The notes under the pieces are model-generated. The model was not told the origin of the DNA. It was given only the letters and a program-made list of their open reading frames with translations, and did not search any database. A stretch of DNA of 31,843 nucleotides, taken from the IMG/VR virus record IMGVR_UViG_3300037424_000687, positions 1 through 31,843 of that record; one strand, written 5' to 3'. This DNA is from a virus. Its lineage: Duplodnaviria; Caudoviricetes. Made by a program: the position numbers and the translations under genes. Below are positions 26,921 to 31,843 of the stretch, in pieces. Position 1 is the stretch's first letter. Each line of letters starts with the position of its first letter.

Positions 26921-27511
26921 TCATAACGCCTTACCTCCATGCCGAATCTCTCGGGTTTTATTGTAAGCCATTTTTACGCGGATAGCTTTTTCAAAGGGTT
27001 CCCACGATTTTCCAAAGAAGTGATAGGCGTAGAAACAATTCAGCTCCATTAACACTCCCAAGTGCGTTTCCATTCCGTGCGTGTCGTTTCGCCGAAGCCG
27101 TTCTACCGCGTTCGAAACCATGCAATGCATTTGGCAGAAAGGATCTGATACCTTACCGTAATCAACCAACTCCTCTAACGGTGTTCTTATTCTATGTCCC
27201 AAATGTTCCCTAACATCCAAAGTACGAAAAAGCGCGTCGGCCAACTCTACGATCATTCCTTCTGGCTTATCTGGTCTATCTGGATTATAATACAGCTTCG
27301 TTTTCTCACCAGTCCACTCGTTATATGCCTCTGAAATCTCCGAATGGATCAACGCGAGTTTTGCCACAAGAATATCAGGACATGGATTATTACTATCCGA
27401 TATACACCGACTAGAGTAATAGTCGTGCCAATAATCATATTTATCCCACCATCCATGATCTAATGATATTTGGTGTACTTCGGATGCTAGTTCTTTTAGA
27501 TTGATGCTCAT
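26921..27511 (-). CDS. MazG-like NTP pyrophosphohydrolase
   Basis: HGWW, KLALIHSEISEA, KPEG..VELAD..R.LD, KMAYNKTREIRHGGK. Confidence 0.85.
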   Translation of the reverse strand: MSINLKELASEVHQISLDHGWWDKYDYWHDYYSSRCISDSNNPCPDILVAKLALIHSEISEAYNEWTGEKTKLYYNPDRPDKPEGMIVELADALFRTLDVREHLGHRIRTPLEELVDYGKVSDPFCQMHCMVSNAVERLRRNDTHGMETHLGVLMELNCFYAYHFFGKSWEPFEKAIRVKMAYNKTREIRHGGKAL

Positions 27512-27517
27512 CAGTAA

Positions 27518-27946
27518 TCACTCACTCTCTTTGATATCAGTTGGTTTTTGCGTTGCTTTAATTAGCTCTTCCTCTAATAATACTAATTCTTTCTTTTTAG
27601 ATTCTGTTTCTTTTATACGTTTAGAAACATATGCTTTACCTATCTCTACTTTATGACGTAATTCTTTTATAATATAGTATGACGGGCTCATCTTTTTCAG
27701 ACACATTTCACACGTTACAGTATCTTTGTTATTAGTATAAAATCCAGCTACCGTTTTGTTTGAAATACCCGCGTTAGCTCTATTCCTAACTGTTTTTATA
27801 TATGCATTATAATCAAACGTTTCTCTCTCGGCATATATTTTAGCTGTAGGCCTACAGACAACAGCTTGATAGCCCTTGTTGTCTAACTCATCCATTTTAA
27901 ATACATAGTGTATTGTTTTAGTATCTCTCAATGTATTGTTACGCAT
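27518..27946 (-). CDS. Hypothetical protein
   Basis: 142 aa; H...C...VTCEMC possible Zn site, C-terminal coiled coil. Confidence 0.65.
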   Translation of the reverse strand: MRNNTLRDTKTIHYVFKMDELDNKGYQAVVCRPTAKIYAERETFDYNAYIKTVRNRANAGISNKTVAGFYTNNKDTVTCEMCLKKMSPSYYIIKELRHKVEIGKAYVSKRIKETESKKKELVLLEEELIKATQKPTDIKESE

Positions 27947-27965
27947 AATATAAATACTTATCTTT

Positions 27966-28499
27966 CTATAGAATATTTATGCTAACAGGCTTAGCTGTTA
28001 TGGATAACAAAAACAAATCAAACGCAATAAGTAATAACGGTAAGTTATTTTTTCTTATAGACTTTAACTTATTTATTTTTTTCTTATTACACGTATTTAT
28101 CATTACACTGGGATTCAACTCATTATTGTAATAGCATTCAACCAAGCAATCAATATCGTTATTGCTAAATACTATTCCATTTCTATATGGATTGCATTCG
28201 TTAGCTTTGTCCGTAAAATCAAAATAAACATTACCAAAACCAGCTATCTCTATTTCAATAATCGGAGGTAATGGTAAATCTTTTATATGTTCAACCGGCA
28301 ACCTAAGTATTTCCTTCAAATCCGGCTCTTCAGTCCATTTCTTTTTTAGATAGAATCTTATATCAGCTTCATATTTTGATATCGATTCGAGCAACTCAGA
28401 ATCTTTTATAACCGGTATGGTTTTCAAAAAGTTTTTGACGATATAAATCTGACTTCCAAGCGCTTTCACCTTTTCTATGATTTCTATAACATGTTGCAT
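27966..28499 (-). CDS. Hypothetical protein
   Basis: 177 aa with GGAAGGAAAG SD; N-terminus loosely resembles TubC_N-like modules. Confidence 0.6.
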   Translation of the reverse strand: MQHVIEIIEKVKALGSQIYIVKNFLKTIPVIKDSELLESISKYEADIRFYLKKKWTEEPDLKEILRLPVEHIKDLPLPPIIEIEIAGFGNVYFDFTDKANECNPYRNGIVFSNNDIDCLVECYYNNELNPSVMINTCNKKKINKLKSIRKNNLPLLLIAFDLFLLSITAKPVSINIL

Positions 28500-28546
28500 A
28501 ATAGCTTTCCTTCCATCTATTCAATCTTTACTTTGTATCCATAATC

Positions 28547-28773
28547 AAGAGTATCAAAAACAAATTGAAGAGTACCGCTCCGTGTGTGCTGGTACTCTTG
28601 ATACTCTTCTTTCTACTTATATATATATAAGTGAAACTACAAATAAGAGAGTATAATAATATCAAGGACTTATAATAAGAATTAAAGGGGTATTTAGAAA
28701 TGGTATAAAGGTATAACTCATGAAGAGTATCAAGGATATCAAGAGTACCAGCACACACGGAGCGGTACTCTTC
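28547..28773. other. Candidate replication origin
   Basis: Perfect 37-bp inverted repeat (28567-28603 / 28737-28773), several AAGAGTA(C/T)C iteron-like units and an AT-rich core, just downstream of the primase-helicase. Confidence 0.65.
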
Positions 28774-28799
28774 TTTTTTAATTTTTCCCATATCGGCTA

Positions 28800-30797
28800 T
28801 CAATCTATAATCCAATACCATGATTTACCAACCTTTCGCGCCACAATTCCCATTTCATCTTTTACACGAAATAGAAGCCTTCTTGAATATCCTCTGTTTT
28901 TTCCTTCTTCCATTATTACAGACGATTCAACTTCGGTTCCTGTAACCGTCTCCGCAATCCACTGTTTTGCCTCTTTAATTCTATTATCATCGCTATCATT
29001 TTCAGTGTTATCATCGTTGTTTTTACCCCCCCCTTTTTTGCTATTCTTATTCATAGCTACATTTACGTCTTCATCCGTTTCTTTTTCCCACTCTATTTTA
29101 CCAACGTTTACCAAGTTATTTACGATAAAACTTTTTATTCTATACTCAAATCCTAACGGTTTTTCAGCTACGTTGCATTTAGCGTTTAGAAATAAACCGC
29201 AATCGTATTTATTCCCATCTTCATCCGTTTTTTTTTCTGATAACGTAACCCACGATACTCTAGATAACGCTACGAATGCGTTGGAACCGGTAATTCTTTC
29301 TATCGCTAACTGATTGCTATTATTTTTCCCCCCCTTATTAAAATGAGTGATAAGTAAAAAAGAAATATCCATATTTTTAGCTAATCTCGATAGCGGTTCT
29401 AACGCCCCCCTAACATCACCTGTTTTGTGTGTGTCAACTCCACTTAGATATGACGTTATTGGATCTATTATAACTAAGACCGGATTAGTTCTTTTACAAA
29501 ACATTTCGAGTTTATCTATATCTATTTTTAGATTTACAGTCCGCGTGACATCTCCGTTTTTTATACACGATTCCATTATAAATAATTTGTCGACGTTACC
29601 GCCAGCGGCAAGAAACCTCGGTGTGGTGGTTCTCTCTGGCGAGTCTTCAGCACTCAAAATCCCCACGTTGCCCGGCTCGAACCCAGACTCAACGCCAGGC
29701 CATCCCATCCCTGACGTTATTCGCGCAGCGAGGTCGGTTGATATGGTCGATTTCCCGGTCGAAGGATGCCCGGCAAGGAGATTTATATCCCCTTGCAAAA
29801 GGCGGCCTTCCCATAGCCATTTTGTCGGCTCGATACGCATGATCGACGCTCGCGTATAGCCTATTTCTCCGTCCCGTTCGTATCGGTCGAAATTGGTACG
29901 AAAGCTTGTAATATCCAGTAAGCATTTATTCACTCGTTCGTAAGAATTATCTAAACAATATAAATCATTGAAATCGCCGGGTATGCACGGTACGCAATAG
30001 GATAATTCATTCTGTTCCGCTACCTCTATTGCGGTATCCAATCCTATGTTTTTCTTACCCTCTTTTTCATCGTTATCCGCTGCGATAACGATATCAATAC
30101 TCGGATATTCTTTTTGTAATATCTCTACTACGCTTTTTATGTTTCCGGCATAAAGAGCGCATACTACTGGTATTTTACGCGATGTTGCTTGGTATACCGT
30201 AGAACCGGTTGCAAATCCTTCAACTAAATATAGTAGACCGGATGGATTTATCTCACCTAGTTTATGAAATAAACCAACAGTGCTTATCCCGGTATGAAAT
30301 CTTTTGTCACCGTTATTAAATATCCTCTGTAATGAGGTTACGATAAGCTTGCCTTTTCGTAATTCATAGATAGGTATTATTAGGCTAGTGCTATCCTGTA
30401 ACGATCCAATAGTATTTATTTTCTTGCGCACTAAATAAGAATTGTCGGGTTCTGTTTCGACGGCATTAGCTATAATATCCCTAACATCTTTTATCGCATC
30501 GGTCTTTCTTTTTTCCGTCTCGCGCTTTTTTTCTTTTTTCAGGCCATCAAACCATTTGATATCGTCCGCCGTCACCGGTCTGTTATCATCCGGTTTCCAT
30601 GTTTTTTCTACGCCGGTAATCCAATTCTTAGCCCATCCGTTTATCGGATTGTCTAGATGCAATACATACGAGCCGTCTTTTCCTTTTGCTTTTCCTTCCG
30701 TGTGGCACCTCCCGCAACGCCCATCAGTCCGTAAATTGGATGGCGGCACCAATCCAATTTCTTTCATTGCAACGCAAAAAGAAGAGATGTGATCCAT
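28800..30797 (-). CDS. Primase-helicase fusion (Toprim + AAA_25/RecA-like)
   Basis: LVEGFATG and IVIAADND (Toprim); AGHPSTGKST (Walker A); LVIIDPI (Walker B); ITHFNK, GS. Confidence 0.92.
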   Translation of the reverse strand: MDHISSFCVAMKEIGLVPPSNLRTDGRCGRCHTEGKAKGKDGSYVLHLDNPINGWAKNWITGVEKTWKPDDNRPVTADDIKWFDGLKKEKKRETEKRKTDAIKDVRDIIANAVETEPDNSYLVRKKINTIGSLQDSTSLIIPIYELRKGKLIVTSLQRIFNNGDKRFHTGISTVGLFHKLGEINPSGLLYLVEGFATGSTVYQATSRKIPVVCALYAGNIKSVVEILQKEYPSIDIVIAADNDEKEGKKNIGLDTAIEVAEQNELSYCVPCIPGDFNDLYCLDNSYERVNKCLLDITSFRTNFDRYERDGEIGYTRASIMRIEPTKWLWEGRLLQGDINLLAGHPSTGKSTISTDLAARITSGMGWPGVESGFEPGNVGILSAEDSPERTTTPRFLAAGGNVDKLFIMESCIKNGDVTRTVNLKIDIDKLEMFCKRTNPVLVIIDPITSYLSGVDTHKTGDVRGALEPLSRLAKNMDISFLLITHFNKGGKNNSNQLAIERITGSNAFVALSRVSWVTLSEKKTDEDGNKYDCGLFLNAKCNVAEKPLGFEYRIKSFIVNNLVNVGKIEWEKETDEDVNVAMNKNSKKGGGKNNDDNTENDSDDNRIKEAKQWIAETVTGTEVESSVIMEEGKNRGYSRRLLFRVKDEMGIVARKVGKSWYWIID

Positions 30798-30830
30798 ATG
30801 ATTTATTTTATATACTATTCAGTAGTCAAA

Positions 30831-31049
30831 CTATTCAAACCACGGGCTTACAACAATGGAAAGAATTGTAATCGTATACGCGTATTTCCAGCTACCAGAA
30901 CTATATTCAGCGAGAATCATCTCTTTCGCTCTCTCTATCGCGTCTTCCCTGCTATCGGATTCTACGTCTAATAAACCAGGTTTTGGCTGACTCATAAAAT
31001 CATTGCTACTGCTTAGTAAAACCGTGTACTGTGCTGTATATTTTTTCAT
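30831..31049 (-). CDS. Hypothetical protein
   Basis: 72 aa, ATGA overlap, GGAG SD. Confidence 0.65.
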   Translation of the reverse strand: MKKYTAQYTVLLSSSNDFMSQPKPGLLDVESDSREDAIERAKEMILAEYSSGSWKYAYTITILSIVVSPWFE

Positions 31050-31288
31050 TTGCTAATCTCCAAATCGTTTTCCAAATCCGTTATTAGATTTTCGATTATG
31101 ATTTGCATCGCGCTTGCTGACTCGATGAGGCACCTTCTGAAAAGCAATTTATTTGTATTGGCAATAGCTGAATCAGGATTAGATTCAACAAATTCATCAT
31201 TTCTAATTACATCTAGCAAATCCTTTTCCATTGCAGAAGACGCCGTAAATAGCTCGTAGTATGAATTACTTAGCGTATAAGTTTTCAT
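31046..31288 (-). CDS. Hypothetical protein
   Basis: 80 aa, tight packing. Confidence 0.6.
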   Translation of the reverse strand: MKTYTLSNSYYELFTASSAMEKDLLDVIRNDEFVESNPDSAIANTNKLLFRRCLIESASAMQIIIENLITDLENDLEISK

Positions 31289-31289
31289 A

Positions 31290-31843
31290 TTAATCCAATA
31301 CCTTTAGTTTTCTGACACGAATTTTTGCATCCATGGTAGGAAGTCCAGCAAAACAAATATCTTCAGGCTGCACTTCAACACGTAAACAAATCAAATCATG
31401 ATTTGCATCACACATACCTAACCATTCCGGTCTGTATGGAGGTTTTACGACGTGTAAACCTACAGAGCACTGAATATCATTTGTTTCGGACAGCGGCTCT
31501 TCTATGATATCACCCTGATTGTATGATATGGCACTTCCGCCGTCGAAATTTGGAGATTTTCTATCTTTTGTAACCCATTTCCAAAATATTTGTTTTCCTT
31601 GAGAAATGTAATAGTCGAGATATATTTTGTTTATATCAATTGAATTGATATCGTTACCGAGCGTCACCCCGTCACCGAGCTTCACCCAATTACCGAGCGT
31701 CACCCCGTCACCGAGCTTCACCTCGTCACCGAGCTTCACCCAATTACCGAGCGTAACCCCGTCACCGAGCTTCACCCCGTCACCGAGCTTCACCCCGTCA
31801 CCGAGCTTCACCCCGTCACCGAGCTTCACCCAATTACCGAGCG
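31290..31843 (-). CDS. Hexapeptide-repeat (left-handed beta-helix-like) protein, 5' end outside window
   Basis: Repeated V(K/T)LG(D/N)(G/W/E) followed by a phage domain with QCSVGLHV...KIRVRKLKVL. Confidence 0.8.
   Translation of the reverse strand, partial: LGNWVKLGDGVKLGDGVKLGDGVKLGDGVTLGNWVKLGDEVKLGDGVTLGNWVKLGDGVTLGNDINSIDINKIYLDYYISQGKQIFWKWVTKDRKSPNFDGGSAISYNQGDIIEEPLSETNDIQCSVGLHVVKPPYRPEWLGMCDANHDLICLRVEVQPEDICFAGLPTMDAKIRVRKLKVLD
31656..31843 (-). repeat. 18-bp tandem coding repeat, at least 10 copies
   Basis: ACCGAGC(T/G)TCACCC(CGTC/AATT) units running to the window end. Confidence 0.95.

Noticed and set aside
28528-29313. ORFs 28528-28821 (-) and 28720-29313 (+) sharing IKSTSTHGAVLF
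   Set aside because: The shared peptide comes from the 37-bp inverted repeat; one ORF is antisense to the helicase.
1-31843. tRNA/rRNA, integrase, transposase, reverse transcriptase, cas genes, alternative genetic code
   Set aside because: None recognised by eye; standard code gives dense intact ORFs using all three stops.

Overview
About 32 kb of a tailed-phage (myovirus) genome, incomplete at both ends. 1-18.9 kb is a minus-strand morphogenesis operon with a lambda-like head (gpW, portal, S49 protease/scaffold, decoration, major capsid) and a Mu-like contractile tail and baseplate, ending in a BNR-repeat tail fibre. 19.0-22.4 kb is a terminase block (Zn-finger ORF, terS, GpA-type terL, gpZ-like) on the opposite strand. 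A non-coding interval follows, with 10-bp tandem repeats, a lambda-like cos candidate and a cas-less CRISPR mini-array (36-bp repeats, type V-like 3' hairpin). 23.1-31.8 kb is a minus-strand region of small ORFs, an M15 peptidase, RuvC-like and MazG-like genes, an inverted-repeat origin candidate and a primase-helicase. Main findings: (1) one spacer matches this phage's own terL at 31/36 with every mismatch at a third codon position, so it probably targets a close relative; (2) a solitary diverged repeat with compensatory stem changes sits 4 kb away at the 5' end of the head operon. Gene calls rest on motifs and synteny read by eye; no database search was run.
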